IMG/VR virus record: IMGVR_UViG_3300044799_000109
Location: 1-58,894 of that record
Direction: 5' to 3' (one strand)
Source: a virus
Lineage: Duplodnaviria > Caudoviricetes
Length of the DNA: 58,894 nucleotides
A model generated the notes under the pieces. The model was not told the DNA's origin and ran no database searches. It saw nothing but the letters and a program-made list of their open reading frames with translations. This document shows, piece by piece, positions 48,606 to 57,491 of the stretch (positions within the stretch are counted from its first letter, which is position 1; every line of letters begins with the position of its first letter). The translations under genes were made by a program, and so were the position numbers.

Positions 48606-48923
48606 TTCACAGTTGACGGTCTTCCGGGGTTGCGATTCCCCTGGTACGGTCGGATACCGCTGCCCCTCTGGCTCCCGCTGAAACAGTGGGTCTACCAGAG
48701 GGACGGCGGGTTCTGCGCCTACTGCGGCAACACGACTGAGTACACGGATAGCCACTGTCATCATGCCCTTGAACTGAGTGAGGGTGGCACCAATCATGCC
48801 AGTAACCTCAAGACGCTCTGCCGGGATTGCCACAAGTCCCGGCATCCGTTCATGAGAACTGCGAGAGAAAGGTTACACTCCGGCGCTTCCGCCAACATCC
48901 TGAAGGCCAAGGTCGGGGCGTGA
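48597..48923 (+). CDS. HNH endonuclease
   Basis: RDGGFCAYCG, CHH..ELSEGGTN..SNLKTLCRDCH. Confidence 0.9.
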   Translation: MVAFTVDGLPGLRFPWYGRIPLPLWLPLKQWVYQRDGGFCAYCGNTTEYTDSHCHHALELSEGGTNHASNLKTLCRDCHKSRHPFMRTARERLHSGASANILKAKVGA

Positions 48924-49132
48924 CTACATCGAGGAAACGGTTAGGCAACCCAGACAGGGTAGACCCCGCCAGCGCCGAGCGAGCATACCAGCAGGCAACA
49001 GGGCGAACTGAACCCGCCCGGCGGCAAGCGGCGTGGACTGAGTACATCCTCTGCCACTTTGAGGCAACGGGACAGATGGCCCCCGGTTGCGACATGCGCG
49101 ACCTGATGGCCTGGTATGGGTTGACGAGGTGA
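48920..49132 (+). CDS. Hypothetical protein
   Basis: GTGA coupling to the HNH gene. Confidence 0.45.
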   Translation: MTTSRKRLGNPDRVDPASAERAYQQATGRTEPARRQAAWTEYILCHFEATGQMAPGCDMRDLMAWYGLTR

Positions 49133-49272
49133 CCTCCCCTCGCCGCGCCCTCGGCAGCCGGCTGTTCTTGCTGCTGTTCGTCGTCGGTGCCGTGGTGGGC
49201 ACGGTGCTCGTCGTCCTGGCCCGACTCCTCTAGCCCTCTCCCACAGGTAAATAAACTCTAACGCCAGAACCA

Positions 49273-49311
49273 TTGACAGGTATAGCTATACGTGCTACAG
49301 TATAGCTATAC
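49273..49311 (+). promoter_or_regulatory. Sigma70 promoter overlapped by two perfect palindromes GTATAGCTATAC
   Basis: TTGACA-17-(TGc)TACAGT; palindromes at 49280-49291 and 49300-49311. Confidence 0.8.
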
Positions 49312-49329
49312 ACGATGAGGAGAGACGAG

Positions 49330-49650
49330 ATGGCACGCGAGACCACGGTCAACTACTCGGCGAGCAGCGCCCAACAGCGCAACGCCCTGGTACAGCACGC
49401 GACCTCCGGGGAGCTCTACGTCATCCGCGAGGCGGCCGTCTGGGACGGGGACCAGTGCACTGGCACTCAGATCATCGCGTCGGCTGGCCCGATCTACCAC
49501 GGCGACCTGCCCTACCACACTGGCGAGAGCGCCACCCCGGAACTGTTCGACGCCATCGACAACTGGCACGTCGAGCAGGGGCCGGACGCCGAATGGTTGC
49601 AGGCCGAGATGGGCGCCGGGCGGCTGGCCTATCGGATCGGCGCCAGGTAG
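49330..49650 (+). CDS. Hypothetical protein
   Basis: GAGGAG RBS directly after the promoter. Confidence 0.65.
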   Translation: MARETTVNYSASSAQQRNALVQHATSGELYVIREAAVWDGDQCTGTQIIASAGPIYHGDLPYHTGESATPELFDAIDNWHVEQGPDAEWLQAEMGAGRLAYRIGAR

Positions 49651-49701
49651 AGACTCACCCGCCCCGCCGGTCGGGCCATAGGCCGGCAGAGGAGGACCAT
49701 C

Positions 49702-49920
49702 ATGCAGAAGTGGCGCGTTCGTAAGGAGGCGCTCGAATCGTGCGCCAGCCTGATCCGAACGAACGTCAGCGGCACGGACGACAGCGACCTATACGCCGGT
49801 CTATAAGACTGGACCGACCGCGACATCGGCACTTTCGGTCGGGAGTGCGAAAGAATCGCCGACCTGCTGGCTCGCAAGGCCGAGCACATCGGAACCAGTG
49901 GGAGGGTAACGACACGATGA
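49702..49920 (+). pseudogene. Small gene with internal in-frame TAA
   Basis: GGAGG RBS and ATG 49702; TAA at 49804-49806; frame continues to a TGA overlapping ATG 49917. Confidence 0.55.
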
Positions 49921-50105
49921 CCAATCAGGAGACGCAGGGCTTCACGAAGCAACTCAATGCCCGCCTCGACTCGGAGGCGTGGCGCAACCTGCGGGCAATT
50001 GCCGGGGTGACTGGAGAGGACTACTCGAAGATTCTCCGCCGGCTGCTCCGCGAGGAGTATGGCCGTGTGGTAGTTGGGAGGCCATCCGATGAAGTATCCC
50101 GGTAG
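49917..50105 (+). CDS. Ribbon-helix-helix-like regulator
   Basis: KQLNARLD..NLRAIA..YSKILRRLL; GGAGG RBS. Confidence 0.65.
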   Translation: MTNQETQGFTKQLNARLDSEAWRNLRAIAGVTGEDYSKILRRLLREEYGRVVVGRPSDEVSR

Positions 50106-50601
50106 GATAATTACTGATACTTTCCACGGCCTTCAGGATCCGCTCTTCGCGCCCATGAGCATAGCGGATCGGTGGCAGCATCTCCGTCGCCGACTCTGGG
50201 AGAGGGACGGCGGCTTGTGTGGAATCTGCGGCCAGCCGGTTGACCTCGGACCCAAGATGCACCTAGACCACATCGTACAGGTGGGCGAGGGCGGCTCGGA
50301 TGACTGGCAGAATCTCAGAATTACCCACGCCAAGTGCAATCAGAGCCGGCCGCGCACACAGTTGGGCGAGGTCAAGCGAGCCCAGAAGCCGTATGTTCCG
50401 ACCCGACCACCCAAAACCGTCAACAAACTGGTCCGCCTTCTCCCGGAGGAGGCGGAGACTCTGCATCGGGCTGCGGAGTTGGCCGGCTTGTCCGACACTC
50501 AGATGCTCCGCTTGCTGGCACGGCAGGCCATGCTTCTGACCTTCAACGTCACGCCGATCCTCGACGCGCTGGAAGCGGCGAAGAGGGAGTCAGCAACGTG
50601 A
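50089..50601 (+). CDS. HNH endonuclease with C-terminal RHH-like domain
   Basis: RDGGLCGICG, HLDHI..GGSD..NLRITHAKCN; LVRLLPEE..LHRAAELAGLS. Confidence 0.85.
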   Translation: MKYPGRIITDTFHGLQDPLFAPMSIADRWQHLRRRLWERDGGLCGICGQPVDLGPKMHLDHIVQVGEGGSDDWQNLRITHAKCNQSRPRTQLGEVKRAQKPYVPTRPPKTVNKLVRLLPEEAETLHRAAELAGLSDTQMLRLLARQAMLLTFNVTPILDALEAAKRESAT

Positions 50602-50958
50602 GGCGCGTCCATCGCTACCGCCCCGGCCTACAACGCCAAAGGCACTCCGACGACAGACCAGGCAGATCGATCTCCAGTTTGGGGCGCTCACCCGATGGCT
50701 GGAGAGTGACAGCCCGCGAATCCTGATAGAGCAGTACTACGCGGCGGTGCGGCAGATCGGCGAGGAATGGGCACGAATCATGGGCGAATACCAGCAGTTC
50801 CTCGTCCGTGTCGAGGCCGAGCGGGCCGCCGCGCGAGAGGGGGAGTGACACAGTTTCATACGCCCTCGGCGCCAAGAGGCCGTCAGCGGGCATTGTGGTG
50901 AGCCTGCTGAGTGTGAGAAGTGGCCAAGGCGGGCAGAGCGGGTGAACGCCCTACGTAG

Positions 50959-52407
50959 TCAGCCCTCGCCGAGCAGGGTCTCTACTCCCGGCCGCCAACT
51001 GATCGTGACCCGTCTCTCCGGGCCAACTGTCACCCGCTCGACGAGGCCGGCGACCGTCTCTCGCAGCGCCCCAGCGTCAAACTCGCCAGCTGCAAGCATC
51101 TCGGCCGCCCTGCGAATCCACGCGACGTGACCGGCGAGATCGGGCTCGGCGCTCTCGGCTTTGAGTGCCCGGAGGGTGGCCTGAGCGTCGGCGATCTGGC
51201 GACGGGTGGCACCAGCCCTCTCCGCGAACTGCGCTCGGGTGGTCTCGCCGTTCTCGCGCATCTCGATCTGCCGCGATTCGACCGCTCGGAGCCTGACGAC
51301 CTCAGCCTCTAACCCCACTACCTGCAGAGTTGTGTCACTATCTTCAGAGCGCTCCCGGGCTAATCGCTCCGCACTCGCGGCGATCTCGTCTGCCGAGGGC
51401 AGCCGTAGCCCGGCGAGTGCCCGGCGAAACTCCCGCTCGAGGGCCAGGTCGGAGATGCCACGAGCCTGGCAGCGGCGGTCGTAGCGCAGTCTGCAACCCC
51501 AGACGCCGTACTGGCGCACGGTCCCGCCGCGAGAGAATGTGTGGACCATCTTGGTGCCGCACTCACCGCAGACCAGGAGTCCAGCGCCCAGGAGATCGGG
51601 CCGCTCGGCTGGCGTGACGGCGTTGTGCCGACGGTCGCACAGTCTCGCCTGGACGCGGTCCCACAACTCCCGATTCACCCTCGCCGGGTGGTTGTCGCGG
51701 ATCGTGACGCCGTGAGCGACCAGGTCGCCCGCGTAGATCGGGTTGGTGAGGATGGTCCAGACCGTGTTCTTGCGCCAGGCGATGCCGGTGGGCGAGGGGC
51801 AGCCCTCGGCTCGCAGGCGCTCGGCCACGCCCAGGACAGAGAGGCGGTCAGGACCAGCGGGATCGTAGAGGGCGAAGGCGCGGTCCACACCGCGGCACCG
51901 GGGCGACGGGTCGGGCTCTGGCTTGCCGGTGGCGGAGTAGCGGTAGCCGAGCGGGATGGAGCCTGACCACTTGCCCTCGGCTGCTCGGGCGGCGAGGGCT
52001 GGGCGGACTCGCGCTGCTATCCTCTCGCTCTCCTTGCCGGCGAATCCGGCGCGGATCAGGAGCATCAACTCCTCTGCGACATCCTCGTCTGAGCACTCGA
52101 CCTTGACGCCCTGGTCCTGGAGCTCCCAGATGCGGGAGAGGATTTCGCGGGGGCGGCGGCCGAACCTATCGAGCCAGCGGACCAGGACGACGTCGGCCTC
52201 GCGGGCGCGGAGGCGGGTGAGCATGGCCTGGTAGGCGGGCCGGTCGTCGCGGCGGCCGGACTCGACATCGGAGAGGACGGCGAGCACATCGTATCCACGC
52301 TCGGCGGCGTAGGCGCGCAGCCGGCGCTCCTGCTCGGGGAGGCTGTAGCGATCGGCGGCGGCCTGCTCGTGGGAACTGACCCGAACATAGAGGAGAGCCC
52401 GAGTCAC
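50959..52407 (-). CDS. Large serine recombinase (integrase)
   Basis: YVRVSS, DVESG, DRP, LDRFGR, PLGY, ILTNPIYAG, CGECG zinc ribbon, coiled coil. Confidence 0.95.
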   Translation of the reverse strand: MTRALLYVRVSSHEQAAADRYSLPEQERRLRAYAAERGYDVLAVLSDVESGRRDDRPAYQAMLTRLRAREADVVLVRWLDRFGRRPREILSRIWELQDQGVKVECSDEDVAEELMLLIRAGFAGKESERIAARVRPALAARAAEGKWSGSIPLGYRYSATGKPEPDPSPRCRGVDRAFALYDPAGPDRLSVLGVAERLRAEGCPSPTGIAWRKNTVWTILTNPIYAGDLVAHGVTIRDNHPARVNRELWDRVQARLCDRRHNAVTPAERPDLLGAGLLVCGECGTKMVHTFSRGGTVRQYGVWGCRLRYDRRCQARGISDLALEREFRRALAGLRLPSADEIAASAERLARERSEDSDTTLQVVGLEAEVVRLRAVESRQIEMRENGETTRAQFAERAGATRRQIADAQATLRALKAESAEPDLAGHVAWIRRAAEMLAAGEFDAGALRETVAGLVERVTVGPERRVTISWRPGVETLLGEG

Positions 52408-52529
52408 CGGCCGGTGATCGTGGCGTAGAGGTACTGAGTAGCGTCTCGCACTAGCGTCGGGAAGGTGAATACGGTAACGAGGGCGAGTGTGACCGCCCAG
52501 GCGCAACCGATGGCGATCCTCTTGGCCAC
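52404..52529 (-). CDS. Small membrane peptide coupled to the integrase start
   Basis: GGAGG RBS; MAKRIAIGCAWAVTLALVTVFTF; its TGA overlaps the integrase GTG. Confidence 0.55.
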   Translation of the reverse strand: MAKRIAIGCAWAVTLALVTVFTFPTLVRDATQYLYATITGR

Positions 52530-52542
52530 AGTACACCTCCCT

Positions 52543-52977
52543 CTAGCCTAACTCCCGCTCCCGCTCCGCCAGCCAGGCCGCGACGCGGGATTCCGGCAGA
52601 TTGTATTGGTCAGCAATCTCCCAGGCAGGCATCCCCCACCAGCCAATGCCGCAGAGCAGCCAACCGGCGAACGTATCTGCCTGCCTTTCCTGCTTGACGA
52701 CTTGCGAGGCGTCAAACTCACACGTCTGGTCACCGGCGTGCAGCAGGTAGTGCCCGAGTTCGTGTGTCTTGATCCACTTCCGGAGGCAGGGGCAGAGTCC
52801 TAGGCGCACGGCGATGGTGTGGTCCACCCGAAAAGCCGGCACGGGAAGGTTCGCCGGGGCATCCTTGACGTGCAGCCCTAGGACCGCGCAGAGGTCGTCG
52901 ATCTGGTCCTCTCCGAGTGGGGGCACGACCCCGAACCGTGCGACGACTGAGCAGGCCATGTCGAATGCGGCATTCAC
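52543..52977 (-). CDS. ImmA/IrrE-family metallopeptidase
   Basis: HELGH and ERQADTFA; next to the XRE repressor. Confidence 0.88.
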   Translation of the reverse strand: MNAAFDMACSVVARFGVVPPLGEDQIDDLCAVLGLHVKDAPANLPVPAFRVDHTIAVRLGLCPCLRKWIKTHELGHYLLHAGDQTCEFDASQVVKQERQADTFAGWLLCGIGWWGMPAWEIADQYNLPESRVAAWLAERERELG

Positions 52978-52979
52978 CC

Positions 52980-53357
52980 CTACCCATCCTCCGCCTCCCA
53001 CTCGCGCACCAACATTTCAATGACGCGGCGCAGTTTGCGTCGGTCTGACTCCGGCACCCGAGCCAGATCGACGTACTGGACATCGCGTGATTCATCCCCA
53101 ACGGGCGAAGGTGGCCGCCGGCCTGCCCTGTCCCTACTAACTAGCTGGAGTAGGCGGGACTCGTCCGCGGCGAAGAATCGGGCCAGGCGTACCACGGTTT
53201 CCATTGAGGGTAGGATGCGGCCTCTCAGGTACTCCGAGATGTTGGAGCGGGATACCCCCGAGTAGGCTTCTAGTTGGCGAATCTTGAGACCCTCGCGCTG
53301 CCGCATGGCTGCCCTCAGCCAACTGGCGAAGGTCTGCGGCTCACTGTCCAGCGTCAT
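52980..53357 (-). CDS. XRE-family immunity repressor
   Basis: HTH SGVSRSNISEYLRG..PS; divergent from the Cro-like gene. Confidence 0.88.
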   Translation of the reverse strand: MTLDSEPQTFASWLRAAMRQREGLKIRQLEAYSGVSRSNISEYLRGRILPSMETVVRLARFFAADESRLLQLVSRDRAGRRPPSPVGDESRDVQYVDLARVPESDRRKLRRVIEMLVREWEAEDG

Positions 53358-53460
53358 TGTCCGTCCGTCTGTCCGAAAACTCGTCAGAATCATACCCCAA
53401 AACCCTTGACTTCTATATAGGGACGCGGTATTATGTGTCCGTCAGGAGGTCGGACAGTGG
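53358..53460. promoter_or_regulatory. Lysis-lysogeny switch region
   Basis: TTGACT-17-TATTAT (53406-53434, plus strand); TATGAT on the minus strand; repeated TGTCCG/CGGACA half-sites. Confidence 0.7.
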
Positions 53461-53678
53461 TGACTAGGACGGACGCAGGGCCACGCAGCAAACTGGAAGC
53501 GGCTCTCCACCTGCGCGGCAAGAATCCCTCCTGGCTGGCCCGGAAGGCTGGCTTTGGCTACATGCACACCTGGACCGTGGTATCTGGCCGGACCTTCGGG
53601 AGCCGGCGCTTCTACGAAGCTTGCGCCAAGGCCCTCGGCGTAGAGGTATCCGATCTGATCGACGAGGAGGTGGCCTAG
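53457..53678 (+). CDS. Cro-like HTH protein
   Basis: WLARKAG..ACAKALGVEVSDL; AGGAGG RBS. Confidence 0.8.
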   Translation: MVTRTDAGPRSKLEAALHLRGKNPSWLARKAGFGYMHTWTVVSGRTFGSRRFYEACAKALGVEVSDLIDEEVA

Positions 53679-53999
53679 ATGCTCGACACGCTGAAATGCC
53701 CACGTTGCGACCATCTGGCCCAGTTCTGCGAGTGCGGCGAGTACCACAACGGGCGCTCGCTCTCGGCGAAGCAGGTCCGCGAGATGTTCGCCGCCTGCGA
53801 CCGCGCCCACGAATCGGATCGGCAACCCGCGACCGACCTTCGCCGCTGCGACAACTGCGGCAGGATCGGCCGCGAGGGCGTCGACGTCTCGACGACCTGG
53901 CACCATCTCGGCGGCGTGGGCGATGTGCTCAGGACCTACTGCCGCGAGATGGTTCTGTGCTGGACTCGGCAGGAGCGCACGGCGGGGGAGCCCCGGTGA
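53679..53999 (+). CDS. Cys-rich hypothetical protein
   Basis: Multiple CxxC; GGAGG RBS. Confidence 0.6.
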   Translation: MLDTLKCPRCDHLAQFCECGEYHNGRSLSAKQVREMFAACDRAHESDRQPATDLRRCDNCGRIGREGVDVSTTWHHLGGVGDVLRTYCREMVLCWTRQERTAGEPR

Positions 54000-54128
54000 A
54001 CGCCGACGCCGAGCGACTCCGGGCCGATCTCCTCGACCGCCTTGGCCACGTCTGTCTGCACCTCGCGGACAGACTAGCACGAGAGTGGGCGGGTGGTGGC
54101 ATTGGAAACACGGAAGGAAGGGAGAAGG

Positions 54129-54497
54129 ATGCACCAAGTCCCAACGTCACACGCGGGGGGCTGCAAGGTGACGTTTCCCCGCGCGGTGATGGCGGCCTCG
54201 GAGGACACGCTGGCGCTCTGGCAGCAGGCCGAGAGGGCGCAGGCGATGGCCGAGGATGCCAGCCTGCCGCGAGGAGTCAGGCACGGCTGGCACCAACTCA
54301 TGGACACGTTGCAGGAGGCGGAGAAGGCGCGGCTGGTGCTGTTGCAGCGGACGGCGGAGTCGCACGACCGCGCGGTGGCAGTCGGGCCGACGGCCCGGTG
54401 TCGGGACTACTCGGCGACGGACCTGGGCTACTCGGAGCTGATGCAGTTGTGCAGGAAAGGGAAGTGCCGGGCCAGCGACCAGCCGCCGGCGGCATAG
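54129..54497 (+). CDS. Hypothetical protein
   Basis: GGAG RBS. Confidence 0.5.
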   Translation: MHQVPTSHAGGCKVTFPRAVMAASEDTLALWQQAERAQAMAEDASLPRGVRHGWHQLMDTLQEAEKARLVLLQRTAESHDRAVAVGPTARCRDYSATDLGYSELMQLCRKGKCRASDQPPAA

Positions 54498-54620
54498 GGA
54501 GGACTCGTGGCTGAGCAGAAGCAGAGAACCGCCCGCGCGAGCACGCAGACGGTTCGGGGTAGAGAGCATTGGTCGGGCCGCCTCTACCTCCCATTATGAA
54601 CGAACGGGAGGCGACTGTCA

Positions 54621-54845
54621 ATGCCTAACCGCGAGCGAGAGCGGCTGGCAAGGCTGGAATACGAAGCCTGGGACTTGCTCGCCGCGGTAGATGAGCGCGA
54701 GTGGCTCACAGTCCGCGGCGAGACACTCATTCCACGACTGCAAGAACGGTACAACCGTCGGCGTCGGAGCCTCCGGAACCTCGACGCCCTGAGCGCGCTC
54801 GAGGCCGAGACACCCGAAGACATCATGCGGGAGGCGTACCCGTGA
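54621..54845 (+). CDS. Hypothetical protein
   Basis: GGAGG RBS; coupled to the next gene. Confidence 0.6.
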   Translation: MPNRERERLARLEYEAWDLLAAVDEREWLTVRGETLIPRLQERYNRRRRSLRNLDALSALEAETPEDIMREAYP

Positions 54846-55174
54846 CTGACCAGAATCCGCTTGACTGGAAACTCCGCGTGACGATGCCCAACGGCGACAA
54901 GTACGAGGTGCCCGTTTCAGCCATCGCGCTCAATCGGGCACGCAGCTACGGCGACAAGTTCGGGGGCGACGTCGATCGGTCACTCCAAGAAGACACTTTG
55001 CCAGTCTTCCGGTCCAGTCCGTTCGAGGTCAAGGATTGGGCAGCGAACAGCATGGACTGGTCGGACGTGGACGCGATCGCAGTGAAAGTGGTCTCACGCC
55101 TCGACCTGAGTGAGAGCGAATTCCAGGAGGGGTGGGTCAACGGCGAGAAGGAGGTCATCAAGGCCAGTGGCTAG
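54842..55174 (+). CDS. Hypothetical protein
   Basis: GGAGG RBS, GTGA overlap; DWAANSMDWSDV motif. Confidence 0.65.
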   Translation: MTDQNPLDWKLRVTMPNGDKYEVPVSAIALNRARSYGDKFGGDVDRSLQEDTLPVFRSSPFEVKDWAANSMDWSDVDAIAVKVVSRLDLSESEFQEGWVNGEKEVIKASG

Positions 55175-55978
55175 CCAGGGCAGCAAGGATGCCAACATTC
55201 TCCGCGACGTCGAGGAGTTTCTGTCGGCGGCGAGGAGTGCCCGGCAGGCGGGTGAGGCCGAACCCACTCCGGCAGACCTGCAGGGCAAGCACTTCGAGCA
55301 CGTGGGAATCCAGCGGCTCCGCGAGGAGGCTGGCACGCCTGACACTCTACTTGCCAGGGCAACGCAGGTGATCTGGGCAGCTCGCGAGGCCAAGGGCTTT
55401 CTCTCAGAGGCAGAGTGCTCGATCGTGCTCTCTCTGATCGCCTACCACCGCGAATGGGAGCAGAGGGAAGCATGGAGGCCCACGCCGCTCGTCGTGTCCG
55501 GCCGCGGCCTTTTGCGCTGAGTGCGGACAGGCCATCGTCGCCGCGCAGGTCGGCACGAAACTGATCTCCGCCCAGTCCGTCGCCGGTGGCACCGAGTCCC
55601 GGTTCGGTCGGCAGCTGTGCTATTCGTGCGGGCAGAAGGCGCAGGCGAGGAAGGACCGCGAGGCGCACGAGGCCGCAGTCAGGGGTGAGGCCGTTGAGAC
55701 GGACGCCGAGGCTGGAGGTGAGGAAGCGGAGTAGACCCGCAGGGGGGTGAGAAAACGCCGCAAGGCGAAAATAGCAGCCGGCCGGGGCACCTGTGCCACA
55801 ACATCACGTCAACGCAAGGTAGTCGGGTAGGCTCGTGCCAGCTCCGGTCGGCAAATGGACGGTCAGGCGGACAGTGACGCCACGGGCTACACCCAACAGG
55901 GAAGTAGCGATCCGGTCAGAACAGTGGGGGCAGCACCCACACCGTCCACCAGCAGACCTATTCAGAGGAGGTGTGACC

Positions 55979-56638
55979 TTGGCAGTCCTCGAGATCCGCG
56001 GCGAGCCTGAGCCCACGCCTGAACCGACCCGCGCACAACGCCTCTCGGATTCCATGCGCCTTGTGATGCACGACCGCTACGAGCTCGACCCGCAGGAAGT
56101 CTACCGGCCGCCGATGGACAAGCGCTTCTCACTGCCGGGCGGCGAGGAACTGGACTACCTGCCGGCACCCGACCTCCAGCGAATCGCCGGATACCTCATC
56201 GGCGAGTGCTCGGAATTGGAGCACCTGACCAGGCAGAGCGTGATCTACCTCTGGAAGCGCAAGGGCGGTACGTACCAGGGACAGGGCGTGATGGGCAAGT
56301 GCGTCAAGATGTCCGGGCTGGGCAAGTACTTCTCCGAGGCGATTTGGGTAGTCTGGCTGGCGGCGGACCATCTCGTCGATCTGGAGATCACGCGGCGACA
56401 GGTCGAGGCACTACTCCATCACGAATTGCTGCACGCCGGCGAGAGCGAACCCGACGACGATGGGACTACAAAGCCTGTAGTCGAGGGGCATGACTTCGAC
56501 GGGTTCGGCCTGAACGTGCAACGGTTTGGGACTTGGTTCGCACCTCTCCAACTCGCAGCCAAGGCCTTCGTCGAGGGGGGCAAGCAACTCGCGCTGTTTG
56601 AGGGTGGCGGCGACGACGAGGGCGAGGAAGCCGAGTAG
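55979..56638 (+). CDS. Putative phage metallopeptidase
   Basis: ALLHHELLH..HDFDGF. Confidence 0.8.
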   Translation: MAVLEIRGEPEPTPEPTRAQRLSDSMRLVMHDRYELDPQEVYRPPMDKRFSLPGGEELDYLPAPDLQRIAGYLIGECSELEHLTRQSVIYLWKRKGGTYQGQGVMGKCVKMSGLGKYFSEAIWVVWLAADHLVDLEITRRQVEALLHHELLHAGESEPDDDGTTKPVVEGHDFDGFGLNVQRFGTWFAPLQLAAKAFVEGGKQLALFEGGGDDEGEEAE

Positions 56639-56940
56639 CCAGCAAACAGCAGGAGCAGCGATCGTGCTAGCGGGCAGCAGAGCGGGGGATGCGGAGTGAC
56701 TGTGCTAACAGCCCAGCGCCCGGCGACGAAGCACCGGCAACTGCGGGTCTATGGGGACCAACTCTATCGCTCAGACTTCGGGACGGTCTACAGTTCCGAT
56801 CCGGGTTGGGCATGGGATGCCCACATCATCTGCCTATGCGGGAAACGTCTGTGCTCGTCCATCTGTGGGACAAGACGGGCTGCCCTGCGGGATGTGAGGG
56901 CACTCTACCAGCATCATCGACGGGAGGACAGCGCCGGATG

Positions 56941-57135
56941 CTAGCGGCGCAGCGCGGCCAGCGCGGCCTCGACCTCGGCACGGGGGATGTAGGTCGGCGC
57001 TCGGCTGGGATCGCGGTACAGGGACGATTTGGGGAGCGGGTGCAGCTTGCCGTCGGCGATGGCCTGGTGAATGACCTTGCGGCTCACGCCCAGGAGCCTG
57101 GCCGTCTCGGAGATGGTGTACTTGTCCTTATCCAC
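56941..57135 (-). CDS. Excisionase-like HTH protein (probably leaderless)
   Basis: YTISETARLLGVSRKVIHQAIADGKL..YIPRAEV; TGgTATACT 6 nt upstream of GTG. Confidence 0.8.
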   Translation of the reverse strand: MDKDKYTISETARLLGVSRKVIHQAIADGKLHPLPKSSLYRDPSRAPTYIPRAEVEAALAALRR

Positions 57136-57192
57136 GGTCACAGTATACCACGTCGCGCACCACTTGACGCAATGGGAACAACGGATACAGAC

Positions 57193-57221
57193 TTGACAAG
57201 AGCAGCAGGCAGGGATACACT
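57193..57221 (+). promoter_or_regulatory. Sigma70 promoter
   Basis: TTGACA-17-TACACT. Confidence 0.75.
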
Positions 57222-57284
57222 AGGGCCAGTAGAGCCACTAGGAACAGTGTAGCAACGTAGCGATGTAGCAGGAGGAGCGAGGCG

Positions 57285-57491
57285 ATGACCAATGGACCGA
57301 ACCCAAAGGCAGAGGTTATGCCGGCGGCGACTCTGACCCTCTGGTGTGACGAGTGCCAGCACCCGATCGGCGCGTTCGACCTGCTGACTGACCACCTGGC
57401 GGCGGTGCTCTTCGCCGCCCGCAAGGAGCACGCGAAGGCAAAGCACGACTGGCACGAGCGGGAGATGATCCTGGTCGGCGAGGGCCGGTGA
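57285..57491 (+). CDS. Small Zn-finger-like protein
   Basis: AGGAGG RBS; CxxC..H..H. Confidence 0.6.
   Translation: MTNGPNPKAEVMPAATLTLWCDECQHPIGAFDLLTDHLAAVLFAARKEHAKAKHDWHEREMILVGEGR

Noticed and set aside
50602-50958. attP site of the serine integrase
   Set aside because: A plausible location, but I could not identify a convincing inverted repeat and core by eye.
52407-52536. 43-aa N-terminal extension of the integrase in the ORF track
   Set aside because: The catalytic domain begins at GTG 52407, and the upstream RBS fits a small membrane-peptide gene in another frame.
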